Below are positions 1 to 8,844 of a stretch of 49,247 bases of DNA, in pieces (within the stretch, counting starts at the first letter, position 1; every line of letters starts with the position of its first letter). Both the position numbers and the translations under genes were made by a program. The notes beneath the pieces are model-generated. The model searched no databases. It was not told the origin of the DNA and worked only from the letters and a program-made list of their open reading frames with translations. Where the stretch lies: assembly GCA_944383975.1 (NCBI GenBank), contig CALWRN010000051.1, positions 1-49,247 on the forward strand. Direction: 5' to 3'. Source of the DNA: an uncultured Clostridia bacterium. Lineage in GTDB: Bacteria > Bacillota > Clostridia > Christensenellales > UBA1242.

Positions 1-95
1 GAAGCATAAAAAGTATATTTATTTCTAGCTTGGCTTTCTCCAGCAAAAGCTTCCATTAAATTTTTTTCTGTTTTAGTTCCTTTAAGATCTTTCAT
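1..95 (-). CDS. rbr: Rubrerythrin, N-terminal fragment (continues beyond left edge)
   Basis: Manual translation of the minus strand gives MKDLKGTKTEKNLMEAFAGESQARNKYTFYA, the typical rubrerythrin N-terminus (AFAGESQARNKY). GGAGGT RBS at 101-106. Not in ORF track. Confidence 0.9.
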   Translation of the reverse strand, partial: MKDLKGTKTEKNLMEAFAGESQARNKYTFYA

Positions 96-289
96 TGTTA
101 ACCTCCATGAACATTATAACATAAACATTATTTTAAACAAAATCTTTTTCAACTTTTCATTTTCCGATTTTTTATTAAAAGGTATTTTGTATTTTATATT
201 CATTTATTAATTAAATTATATAATAATTCATATGCACTATACTATTTTTTCCCATTACTAAGCATATGTATAACATTATTTATTAAAAT

Positions 290-305
290 TGTTCCACGTG
301 AAACA
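290..305. promoter_or_regulatory. parS: parS centromere site 1 (TGTTCCACGTGAAACA)
   Basis: Matches the Firmicutes parS consensus TGTTNCACGTGAAACA; lies downstream of parAB. Confidence 0.95.
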
Positions 306-334
306 ATTTTCTTCTGACCTTAAATCTTCTTGAA

Positions 335-350
335 TGTTCCACGTGAAACA
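335..350. promoter_or_regulatory. parS: parS centromere site 2 (TGTTCCACGTGAAACA)
   Basis: Identical to site 1. Confidence 0.95.
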
Positions 351-395
351 ATTAATTAGATAATATTGAGAATAGAAGTGAGCTTTGTATTAAAA

Positions 396-411
396 TGTTT
401 CACGTGGAACA
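396..411. promoter_or_regulatory. parS: parS centromere site 3 (TGTTTCACGTGGAACA, reverse complement of sites 1 and 2)
   Basis: Exact reverse complement of sites 1 and 2. Confidence 0.95.
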
Positions 412-898
412 TTTTTAGAATTCCTGTTTTTAAATAATATACCTTACTTACTATAATTTATCTTACTTTATAACTTTTAAAACTATTTTATTTATTATAT
501 TAAAAATATAATTTAAAACGTATACTCATAAAAAAACAACTGATTCATATGCACTATACAATAAAAACGAATTAAAAATATTTTTTAAGTGTTTTTTATA
601 TTTGTATTTATACACCGTGATAGATTAGTAAATAGCATACTTGTATTTTGTTATAACAGTATTAAGATTTTACAACTATTTAATCGTTTATGAAATTTAC
701 AAAAATTTTTATTCTTGATTTTTTATTTTTCTTTATTTACATTATATTAATTTACTACATTAAAAAAAATATCAAATCCATTTAATAATTGTATTTTTAT
801 TGTTGCACTATTAATAAAATAGACGCAAAAAATGGTCATTTTTAGATGAATATTTGTTCATTAAAAATATTTTGTATTTTTGCTTAGTGCATGAAATA

Positions 899-932
899 AA
901 AAAGAGAAGGACTTTTTTATCCTTCTCTTTTT
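899..932 (-). terminator. Intrinsic terminator of parA-parB
   Basis: AAAAAGAGAAGGA / 8-nt loop / TCCTTCTCTTTTT inverted repeat just past the parB stop. Confidence 0.85.
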
Positions 933-946
933 ACTGTTTTTATATT

Positions 947-1903
947 TTATTGGTTTGGGTGTCTTTTATTATAATTTCTCAAATCACCTAATGTTATTTC
1001 TTTTTTCTTTAATAATTCAATCATATCAGCAAGACGGTCTAAATCATCTCTTGAATAATAATCAATGTAAATTCTTCCTTTATTATCGTTTCCAATTGCT
1101 GAAACCTTTGTTGCAAATACTCTTTGCATCTCATTAATCAATTCTTTTAATTCTAATGATTGTTCTTTAACCTTTGTGCTTGCATTCTTTGGTGGATTTA
1201 AATAATTTCTAACTGCCTTTTCTAACTCTCTTACTGACATTTTTCCATCAGCTGCTTGACGCGCTAATTTAATTTGTTGTGTTGTATCGTCTACTACAAC
1301 TAAGCTTCTAGCATGTCCGCTTGATAAGCGTCCATCTTCTATCATTTTTATAACATCTGGATATAAAGATAACAATCTTAATGTGTTTGCAACGCTAGAA
1401 CGACTTTTTCCAATTCTGTCTGAGACTGTTTCTTGCGTTAGATTATACTCGTCCATTAATTGCTTGATAGCTCTTGCGGCTTCAATTGGATTTAAATCTT
1501 CCCTCTGAAGGTTTTCTATCAATGATATCTCTTTAATTTGCTTCTCTGTATAATTTTTTATAACTACAGGAACTTTATCCAACTCTGCTAAATTGGCAGC
1601 TCTCCATCTTCTTTCACCTGCAATAATCATATACTTATCATCATCAGTTTTTGTTACTACTAATGGTTGAATTATTCCATGTAATTTTATTGAACTAGCA
1701 AGTTCTTGTAAAGCCTCTTCATCAAAATGTTTTCTTGGTTGGTTTGGGTTTGGATATATCTTTTTTATATCCATTTCTGTGATACCACTATCATTTTTTG
1801 CATTCTTTTTATTTTCTTGATTAGTTATTATTTGATTACTTTCTTCTTCATATAAGCCAAAAAGAGACTCCAATCCTCTGCCTAAACCTTTCTTTTTATC
1901 CAT
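947..1903 (-). CDS. parB: Chromosome partitioning protein ParB/Spo0J
   Basis: GLGRGL N-terminus, NPNQPRK, AGERRWRA box, ENLQREDL, HTH region; overlaps parA by 8 nt. Confidence 0.97.
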   Translation of the reverse strand: MDKKKGLGRGLESLFGLYEEESNQIITNQENKKNAKNDSGITEMDIKKIYPNPNQPRKHFDEEALQELASSIKLHGIIQPLVVTKTDDDKYMIIAGERRWRAANLAELDKVPVVIKNYTEKQIKEISLIENLQREDLNPIEAARAIKQLMDEYNLTQETVSDRIGKSRSSVANTLRLLSLYPDVIKMIEDGRLSSGHARSLVVVDDTTQQIKLARQAADGKMSVRELEKAVRNYLNPPKNASTKVKEQSLELKELINEMQRVFATKVSAIGNDNKGRIYIDYYSRDDLDRLADMIELLKKKEITLGDLRNYNKRHPNQ

Positions 1904-2723
1904 TGTTTCTTACCTCTCTTAATTTAATTTTTGTATCTTTAGTTATCGTTTTATATTTCACTTTATTTCTATCCAAAAACTCTTCTGCTAAAGATAAATA
2001 AGCATCTGCCCCTTTAGAATTTGGTTCATAAATTAAAATTGGCTCTCCATGACTTGGCGCCTCAGCAAGTCTTATATTTCTTGGAATGTATGTAAAGAAC
2101 ACTTTTTTACCAAAGAATTTTAAAATTTCGTCACCCACTTGTGTTGTTAAATTAGATCTTTTATCCTTCATTGTCATAACAACACCTTCAATATCTATTG
2201 ATGGATTTAAATGAAATTTTATTAATCTTATTGTATTCATAAGCTGAGTTATTCCCATTAATGGATAATACTCGCATTGCATAGGAATTATAACACTATT
2301 ACATGCCGTTAAAGCATTGACAGTTATTAATCCTAATGATGGAGGACAATCAATCATAATAAAATCATAATCGTCTTTAACTTGATCCAAAATTCCTTTT
2401 ACAATTTTCTCACGTTGTGGCATTTGAACCATTTCAATTTCTGCACCTGCCAAATCTACTGTAGATGGTATAATATCTAACCCATCAATAAGAGTTGGTA
2501 AAATAACCTCTTTAACATTTGCATCGCCAGAGATTAAATCATATATTGTTTTAAGATCATTTTCTTTATCAATTCCTAATCCACTTGTTGCATTGCCCTG
2601 AGGATCCATATCTAGTACTAAAACTTTTTTACCCATTGCGGCAACATATGCAGCCAAGTTGATACAAGTCGTTGTTTTTCCAACTCCACCTTTTTGATTT
2701 GCAAAAGCTATAATCTTTCCCAT
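1896..2723 (-). CDS. parA: Chromosome partitioning ATPase ParA/Soj
   Basis: Deviant Walker A NQKGGVGKTT, DMDPQGNAT, IDCPPSLG, RNIRLAEAPSHG. Confidence 0.97.
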   Translation of the reverse strand: MGKIIAFANQKGGVGKTTTCINLAAYVAAMGKKVLVLDMDPQGNATSGLGIDKENDLKTIYDLISGDANVKEVILPTLIDGLDIIPSTVDLAGAEIEMVQMPQREKIVKGILDQVKDDYDFIMIDCPPSLGLITVNALTACNSVIIPMQCEYYPLMGITQLMNTIRLIKFHLNPSIDIEGVVMTMKDKRSNLTTQVGDEILKFFGKKVFFTYIPRNIRLAEAPSHGEPILIYEPNSKGADAYLSLAEEFLDRNKVKYKTITKDTKIKLREVRNNG

Positions 2724-2940
2724 ATAAACCTCATTTATTTACATATATATAATAACATAAATTTAATTAAAATTTAAGTCTTTTTTGTTTTTTTTATTTA
2801 ATTATTTTTAAAATTTCTACATTAATTCTGTAAAAAAGACAAAATTTTCTTTTTTTATACATTTTTTTATATTTTTTACTATATTTTTTTACAATTTTAA
2901 TAAACATAATTTCTTTATTGTTATAAATTTTATTTACTAC

Positions 2941-2969
2941 TTGGAATTTATATTAAAATGGATTATAAT
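2941..2969 (+). promoter_or_regulatory. Putative sigma-A promoter of mnmG-rsmG (TTGGAA-17-TATAAT)
   Basis: Hexamers at 2941-2946 and 2964-2969, 17-nt spacer. Confidence 0.6.
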
Positions 2970-2998
2970 ATCTTAGTAAATTTAAACTGAGGAATAAA

Positions 2999-4882
2999 AT
3001 GGAAAATTTTGATGCTATTGTTATTGGTGCTGGACATGCTGGTTGCGAAGCAGGATTGGCACTTGCGCGAACTGGAAATAAAACTTTATTACTAACACTG
3101 AGTCTTGATGCAGTGGCTTTTTTGGCATGCAATCCTTCTATTGGTGGAACTGCTAAAGGGCAACTTGTCTGTGAAGTTGATGCACTTGGTGGTGAAATGG
3201 GAGTTAATACAGATAAGACCCTTATTCAATTAAGAATGCTTAACAGTGGCAAAGGCCCTGCAGTTCAATCTTTAAGAGCTCAAGCTGACAAAATTGAATA
3301 TCATAACCAAATGAAGTTGACTCTTGAAAAAACAGAAAATCTATTTTTAAGACAGGGTGAAGTTGTAGATATAAAAGAAGAAGGAAATATAAAAATTGTT
3401 ACAACAGCTGTCGGTCAGCAATATTCTGCAAAAGCCATTGTATTTGCAACAGGGGTTTATCTTAAAAGCCGTATCATAATAGGTGATTGGACAAAAGATT
3501 GTGGTCCTAATGGTTTTTCAAACGCTCAAAAGTTATCAGATAGTTTATCAAATTTAGGAATAGAACTGCTTAGATTTAAAACAGGAACACCTGCAAGAAT
3601 AAATGGAAGAAGTATTGATTATTCTTGTCTTGAAATTCAAAGAGGTGAGGATAACATTCAAAATTTCTCATTTATAACAAAGCGTAAACCTAAAAATAAA
3701 GCAGTTTGCTATTTAACTTATACAAATCTGACTACTCATAAAATTATTACAGACAATTTAGACAAAGCTCCTGTATTTTCTGGATTAATTAAAGGTATTG
3801 GTCCTAGATATTGTCCTTCTATTGAAACAAAAATTGTTCGTTTTGCCGATAAAGAGCGTCATCAATTATTTCTTGAACCAGAATCTTTATCAACTAACGA
3901 AATTTATATCCAAGGTTTTTCAACCTCTATGCCTGTTGATATTCAGGAAAAAATGATTCATTCAGTAAAAGGGCTTGAAAAAGCAGAAATTATGCGTGAT
4001 AGCTATGCCATTGAATATGATTGTATAGAACCAACTCAGCTTCTTCCTACGCTTGAATTAAAGGGGCATAAAGGGCTTTTCTTTGCTGGTCAGATAAATG
4101 GAACGTCAGGCTATGAAGAAGCCGCTGCGCAAGGAATTATTGCCGGTATAAACGCAAGTCTTTACATTAGAGGAAAAGAGCAACTTGTTCTTAAACGCAG
4201 TGATGGCTATATTGGTGTTTTAATTGACGATATTGTCACAAAAGGAACAAATGAACCTTATAGAATGATGACAAGTAGAGCTGAATATAGACTTTTCTTA
4301 AGACAAGACAATGCTGATTTAAGACTTACTGAAATTGGACGAAAAGTTGGATTGGTTGACGATAAAAGATATAGAATTTTTAAAAACAAACAAAAAAAGC
4401 TTAATGAAATCTTTAAATTAATTGAAACAAAATATAAGGTTGAACAAATTAAAGACTTATTCATTAATAACAATGAAAATTTGCCTAAAGAAAGCATTTC
4501 AGTAAAAGATATGCTTAAAAGAAGTAATATTGATGCCTTTAAAATAAATGACTTTTTGCACATATTTGATAAGTTTAGTTATGAAATAATAAATGAAATG
4601 AACATAATGGTTAAATATGAAGGTTATCTAAAACAACAACTTGAAGAAATAGAAAAATTTAAGAAAAATGAAAATACAATAATTCCAGAAGATTTTGATT
4701 ATAAAAAATATCATGGTCTAAGGCTTGAAGCAAGTGAAAAGCTCTCTCAAATTAAACCTTTAAGTATTGGGCAAGCTTCAAGAATTTCAGGAGTTTCTCC
4801 TTCTGATATTGCCGTGTTAAGTGTTCTTATCAAAAAATTTAATGATGAAAAAAGGGCTTTAAAAAATGAAAGAAATGATTAA
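2999..4882 (+). CDS. mnmG: tRNA uridine-5-carboxymethylaminomethyl modification enzyme MnmG (GidA)
   Basis: GAGHAGCEA FAD motif, CNPSIGG, GPRYCPSIE, GQINGTSGYEEAAAQG, RISGVSP. Confidence 0.98.
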   Translation: MENFDAIVIGAGHAGCEAGLALARTGNKTLLLTLSLDAVAFLACNPSIGGTAKGQLVCEVDALGGEMGVNTDKTLIQLRMLNSGKGPAVQSLRAQADKIEYHNQMKLTLEKTENLFLRQGEVVDIKEEGNIKIVTTAVGQQYSAKAIVFATGVYLKSRIIIGDWTKDCGPNGFSNAQKLSDSLSNLGIELLRFKTGTPARINGRSIDYSCLEIQRGEDNIQNFSFITKRKPKNKAVCYLTYTNLTTHKIITDNLDKAPVFSGLIKGIGPRYCPSIETKIVRFADKERHQLFLEPESLSTNEIYIQGFSTSMPVDIQEKMIHSVKGLEKAEIMRDSYAIEYDCIEPTQLLPTLELKGHKGLFFAGQINGTSGYEEAAAQGIIAGINASLYIRGKEQLVLKRSDGYIGVLIDDIVTKGTNEPYRMMTSRAEYRLFLRQDNADLRLTEIGRKVGLVDDKRYRIFKNKQKKLNEIFKLIETKYKVEQIKDLFINNNENLPKESISVKDMLKRSNIDAFKINDFLHIFDKFSYEIINEMNIMVKYEGYLKQQLEEIEKFKKNENTIIPEDFDYKKYHGLRLEASEKLSQIKPLSIGQASRISGVSPSDIAVLSVLIKKFNDEKRALKNERND

Positions 4883-5567
4883 AGAAATTTTTGACAGTTA
4901 CAATATTAAATTAAACGAAGTTCAACTTTCTCAGTTTGAAACATATTTAAATTTCTTAATAGAAGAAAATCAAAAATATAATCTTACAGCAATAACAGAA
5001 CCAAAAGAAGTTATTATAAAACACTTTATTGATAGCGTATTGCCAGAAAAAGAAATTCCAAAAAACTCGTCTGTAATTGATGTTGGAACAGGGGCTGGGT
5101 TCCCTGGTGTTCCTCTAAAAATACTTAGAAGTGATTTAAAATTAACCTTGCTTGACAGCCTTCAAAAAAGAATAAATTTTCTTAATTCCCTTTTAGAAAA
5201 ATTAAATATCAAAGATGTTGTTACAGTCCACTCAAGAGCAGAAGATTATGTTTTGCAAAAAAGAGAAAAATATGATATATCTCTTTCTCGTGCTGTTGCT
5301 TCTATCCCAACACTTGCTGAATATCTTATTCCATATGTAAAGGTTGGAGGATTTGCAGTAATGTATAAGGGGAGTAAGGTTGAAGAGGAAATTAATTTAG
5401 GCAGTAAGGCTATATCTGAACTTGGCGGAAAGATTGAAAAGGTTAATCACTACACTCTCTCTGAAGTTGAAAGCGAAAGAAATATAGTTTTTATTAAAAA
5501 AGTTCATCCTACAAATAAAAAATATCCTAGAGGGAAAAACCTTCCTAAAACTAAACCAATTTTATAA
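4866..5567 (+). CDS. rsmG: 16S rRNA m7G527 methyltransferase RsmG (GidB)
   Basis: NLTAI, HFIDS, DVGTGAGFPG, SRAE, SRAVA, YPR-x-P motifs; overlaps the end of mnmG. Confidence 0.97.
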   Translation: MKEMIKEIFDSYNIKLNEVQLSQFETYLNFLIEENQKYNLTAITEPKEVIIKHFIDSVLPEKEIPKNSSVIDVGTGAGFPGVPLKILRSDLKLTLLDSLQKRINFLNSLLEKLNIKDVVTVHSRAEDYVLQKREKYDISLSRAVASIPTLAEYLIPYVKVGGFAVMYKGSKVEEEINLGSKAISELGGKIEKVNHYTLSEVESERNIVFIKKVHPTNKKYPRGKNLPKTKPIL

Positions 5568-5571
5568 AAAT

Positions 5572-5602
5572 AAAAACATATTAGTTTTTCTAATATGTTT
5601 TT
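5572..5602. terminator. Terminator between convergent rsmG and mnmE
   Basis: AAAAACATATTAG / TTTTT / CTAATATGTTTTT, 13-bp perfect stem. Confidence 0.75.
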
Positions 5603-5801
5603 TTATTAATAAACTATTATATAGTGAAATCATTTTTATTTTTTTATCGTCAACAAACTTTATATTTTTTCCATTTCATAATAATCATATTTTTTATTAA
5701 TTTTATAAAAAATTTTGCAATTTTAATTATTTTTTTCATTAATTTTCTATATTTTTATTATTTTTTAACATTTTTATTTAATATTTTCTATTTGTTTTAT
5801 T

Positions 5802-7142
5802 TTACTTACCTAGACAAAATTTTGAGAATATCAAATCTATAATTCTTTCGTTTTCACTTTCTCCTGTTATTTTACCTAATGTATTCCATAAACTTTTTAT
5901 AAGCATTGCTATGATATCCATACTTTGAGATTTTGCATTATTGAGTTCATTTAATATTTTTTTACATTCTTTTAATATTTCAATTTGTCTTTCATTGATT
6001 ATTATCATCTTATTATAATCAATTTCTTCATTAATTACGAGTTGATATATTTTTTCTTTTACATCTTCAATTTTATTTTCTTTTAATGCAGAAATTTCAA
6101 TTTCATTCTCTTGATGATCAAGTTGACGCTTTATGTCTGATTTATTGACTAGCGTTATTACATTTTTATAATTTTTTAAAATTGAAATTATCTCTTTGTC
6201 ATATTCATTAAGTTTACGGCTTCCATCAAGAATAAATAAAACTACATCTGCATTTTTTATTGTGTTTTTTGATTTTTCTATTCCTATTTTTTCAACTTTA
6301 TCATCACTTTCTCTAATTCCGGCAGTATCTATAAAATTAAATCTTATTCCTTTATATGATATGCTTTCTGTCAAAACATCTCTTGTTGTTCCTGCAATGT
6401 CTGTTACTATAGCCCTATCTTCGCCAATCAAGGCATTTAATAAACTTGATTTACCAACATTTGGACTTCCAACAATCGCTATATTTATTCCACTTTTTAT
6501 AAATCTTGCATTTTGCGAATCCTTAATAAATTCATTTATTTGCAATTCTATATTTTTTAAATTATTAAATATACTTTCTTTTGCTGATTTTTCAAATTCC
6601 TCTTCAGGATAATCTAATGTCGCCTCTATCTGCGCTAAACTTTCTGTTAAGTTATTTTGAAGTTGTTTTATTTTTCCTTTCAGTTTTCCTTCTGCTAAAT
6701 TTAAAGAAGCCTTAAGCTCGCTTTCGCTTTCTGCATTTATTTCACCAATTATGCTTTCTGCTTCATCCAAACTTATTTTTCCATTTTCAAAAGCCCATTT
6801 GGTAAATTCTCCAGGTTCTGCCATGGTTGCACCATTATCAATTAAAGTTTGTAAAACTTTCTGTGACAATATTGTTCCACCATGAATTTGAAACTCTACT
6901 ATATCTTCTCCAGTATAAGAATATGGTGATTTAAAATAAACCATCATACAATATTCTTTTGTTTTATCAGGAAAACTAAAATATCCTAAATACAGCATTC
7001 TTGGCTGAATTTTATCATAAGATAAAGATTTAGATGTAAATACTTTTTTTGCCACATCTAAACAACCTTTTCCACTCATTCTAACTATTGAAATTGCCCC
7101 TTTACCTAGTGGGGTTGATATTGCTGTTATAATTTTACTCAT
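5802..7142 (-). CDS. mnmE: tRNA modification GTPase MnmE (TrmE); start moved to ATG at 7142
   Basis: TI(T)AISTP..G.GAISIVRMSG N-terminus, SYTGED, GEFT, GSPNVGKSS, GTTRD, DTAG, NKSD, C-terminal FCLGK. The track's TTG start at 7169 runs through the promoter. Confidence 0.97.
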   Translation of the reverse strand: MSKIITAISTPLGKGAISIVRMSGKGCLDVAKKVFTSKSLSYDKIQPRMLYLGYFSFPDKTKEYCMMVYFKSPYSYTGEDIVEFQIHGGTILSQKVLQTLIDNGATMAEPGEFTKWAFENGKISLDEAESIIGEINAESESELKASLNLAEGKLKGKIKQLQNNLTESLAQIEATLDYPEEEFEKSAKESIFNNLKNIELQINEFIKDSQNARFIKSGINIAIVGSPNVGKSSLLNALIGEDRAIVTDIAGTTRDVLTESISYKGIRFNFIDTAGIRESDDKVEKIGIEKSKNTIKNADVVLFILDGSRKLNEYDKEIISILKNYKNVITLVNKSDIKRQLDHQENEIEISALKENKIEDVKEKIYQLVINEEIDYNKMIIINERQIEILKECKKILNELNNAKSQSMDIIAMLIKSLWNTLGKITGESENERIIDLIFSKFCLGK

Positions 7143-7148
7143 AGGTTT

Positions 7149-7157
7149 ATTATAGCA
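7149..7157 (-). promoter_or_regulatory. Extended -10 (TGCTATAAT) 6 nt upstream of the mnmE ATG; leaderless-type promoter
   Basis: Minus strand reads TGC-TATAAT-AAACCT-ATG with no Shine-Dalgarno. Confidence 0.7.
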
Positions 7158-7192
7158 CAATACAATCAAAATTGAAACACATAAATTATCTA

Positions 7193-7221
7193 TTTACAAA
7201 TTAATATTATTATGTTAAAAT
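7193..7221 (+). promoter_or_regulatory. Putative sigma-A promoter (TTTACA-17-TAAAAT, with TG extension) for the 7239-8804 gene pair
   Basis: Hexamers at 7193-7198 and 7216-7221; AAGGAG RBS follows. Confidence 0.65.
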
Positions 7222-7238
7222 TTCTTAAAGGAGTTTAT

Positions 7239-8180
7239 ATGAATACCAGTAAAGTAGATAAAAAAAGAATATATAAAACACTAGTAAAAAAATGTAGCAA
7301 ATACACTAATAAGGCAGAAAAACATAGTTCTAAAAATCACATTCACAAAACAGAAAACTATACAAACAAAACAAACAATGCTATTTCTAATATTGAAACA
7401 ATGGTTTTAAGTATGTCACCAAATGAAATACTTGATTTAAAAAATTCTTTGAAAAAAGAATCAGAAACTAAATTTGGAAAAGAAAAGGAAGTTTGCTTAA
7501 ATGGTCTTGCTTATCTTGACTATTTCACAAACTGTCATTTAACTTCTTCTTACAATGAAGTATATGAAAACGAATGGACACAAGCACGCATGAGATTCCC
7601 TAAAACAGATTGGTTTCATTACTTGTATGATTTTAATTTTAACGACAAGCAAAAATCTTTTATAACAGATTATCTTTTAACTTGCGAAATTAATATGTTT
7701 TCTGAAAATATGAAAAGTGAATATAATAGAACAAGTCCTATCAACTTTTTTAGTTCTATTGATAACCTTGATCTCTTGTGTTTAAAAATTTGTGGCCCAC
7801 TAACTCAAGAAGAAGATATGGGATTGAGCGATAGTGAAGAATTAAAAATATTAAATTTGCACGGAGAAAAGTGTCCTAATATTAAAGCATTATATGACCA
7901 ATCTGCAAATAACAAATTAATTGCAAATAATGAAGAATATATACAATTTAATGAATTATTGTTAAGAATATTTACTGATATGAGAAATAAACCTTTTAAA
8001 GGAACAATTCAAACTTATGAATACAAAAATATTCAAAGATATGTTGAAAGAAAAATATCTCAATCAGTTAAAGCTTTAGAAATTGCTAAAGAAAATATTG
8101 AAGAATTAAAACTTGAAAATCAAAAGCTTGAATTACAACATCAACATTCACACGAATATGAAGAAGAACTTAGTATGTAA
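7239..8180 (+). CDS. Hypothetical protein (313 aa), C-terminal coiled-coil-like segment
   Basis: Long ORF with AAGGAG RBS before ATG 7239. The track start 7212 lies inside the predicted promoter. No recognisable family. Confidence 0.75.
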   Translation: MNTSKVDKKRIYKTLVKKCSKYTNKAEKHSSKNHIHKTENYTNKTNNAISNIETMVLSMSPNEILDLKNSLKKESETKFGKEKEVCLNGLAYLDYFTNCHLTSSYNEVYENEWTQARMRFPKTDWFHYLYDFNFNDKQKSFITDYLLTCEINMFSENMKSEYNRTSPINFFSSIDNLDLLCLKICGPLTQEEDMGLSDSEELKILNLHGEKCPNIKALYDQSANNKLIANNEEYIQFNELLLRIFTDMRNKPFKGTIQTYEYKNIQRYVERKISQSVKALEIAKENIEELKLENQKLELQHQHSHEYEEELSM

Positions 8181-8195
8181 ATTAGGAGGGGATTT

Positions 8196-8804
8196 ATGGG
8201 AAAAACTGAGATTACTGTTCAAATTTATGATGATATAAACAATGTTAAAAAACATCTTAAAGATTTAGGTTATAAAGAAACTGAAGAATTTACTGGCAAC
8301 GATTATTATTTTTCAACTTTAAATAAAAATCAAATTGGAAGTGCATCATATAAAGACTTGTTATCTTCTAGTATTATAGTAAGATCTTTTAAAACTAAAG
8401 GAAATCCTGACCTAAACAATTCTATGGTATTTAAAAATAAAACACTTGATGAAAATAATAATGTTATCAGCGAAGAAAAGATTTCTACAAAAATTGATAA
8501 TTTAGAAAATACTCTTAAAATATTAAAATATTCAAACCTTAATAATTGGCTTAACTTAAGTCAACAAAACGCCTTCTATAAGTTAGGAGAAATTGTTATT
8601 ACTGTAGGAACAGTAAAAGGGTTGTCTGGAAGTTTTATGGAAATAGAAGAATATGAAAGTATAAAAAATCTTTCTTCTGAAGAAAAAATTTCTAAACTAT
8701 TAAAATTGGCAAAAAGTTTAGGCTTTAAAATTAGTGAAGATTATTCAATAAAAAAAGCTTATATGTTATTCAAACAACAAAATACTGAAAATGAAAATGT
8801 TTAA
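8196..8804 (+). CDS. CYTH-superfamily (class IV adenylate cyclase-like / triphosphate tunnel) protein with degenerate N-terminal motif
   Basis: Pattern E(I)xV...L..LGY......ND.YF...R...K...E....I...MEIE resembles CyaB/CYTH. AGGAGG RBS. Confidence 0.65.
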   Translation: MGKTEITVQIYDDINNVKKHLKDLGYKETEEFTGNDYYFSTLNKNQIGSASYKDLLSSSIIVRSFKTKGNPDLNNSMVFKNKTLDENNNVISEEKISTKIDNLENTLKILKYSNLNNWLNLSQQNAFYKLGEIVITVGTVKGLSGSFMEIEEYESIKNLSSEEKISKLLKLAKSLGFKISEDYSIKKAYMLFKQQNTENENV

Positions 8805-8806
8805 CA

Positions 8807-8839
8807 AAAAAAAGAAGAAATTAAATTTCTTCTTTTTTT
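8807..8839. terminator. Bidirectional terminator between the CYTH gene and jag
   Basis: AAAAAAAGAAGAAA / TTAAA / TTTCTTCTTTTTTT. Confidence 0.8.
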
Positions 8840-8844
8840 ATTGA

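Larger units (their letters stand above)
226..559. repeat. 17-bp perfect direct repeat ATTCATATGCACTATAC (226-242 and 543-559) flanking the parS cluster
   Basis: Read directly from the sequence; copies start 317 bp apart. Confidence 0.85.

Noticed and set aside
110-140. Possible PerR/Fur box upstream of rubrerythrin
   Set aside because: Only about half the consensus positions match, with no proper dyad spacing.
290-411. Regularly spaced short repeats suggesting a mini-CRISPR array
   Set aside because: Repeats are 16-bp parS consensus sites, one is inverted, and no cas genes or leader are present.
608-616. TTATACACC, a one-mismatch DnaA box near parS
   Set aside because: A single isolated imperfect match in AT-rich DNA is expected by chance.
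2724-5801. Site-specific invertible element (shufflon) around mnmG-rsmG or dnaA-dnaN
   Set aside because: No flanking inverted repeats or recombinase gene were found; a fixed historical inversion is more parsimonious.
5624-5842. 72-aa Phe/Ile-rich ORF
   Set aside because: Translation of a T-rich intergenic spacer, overlapping the mnmE end, with no RBS.
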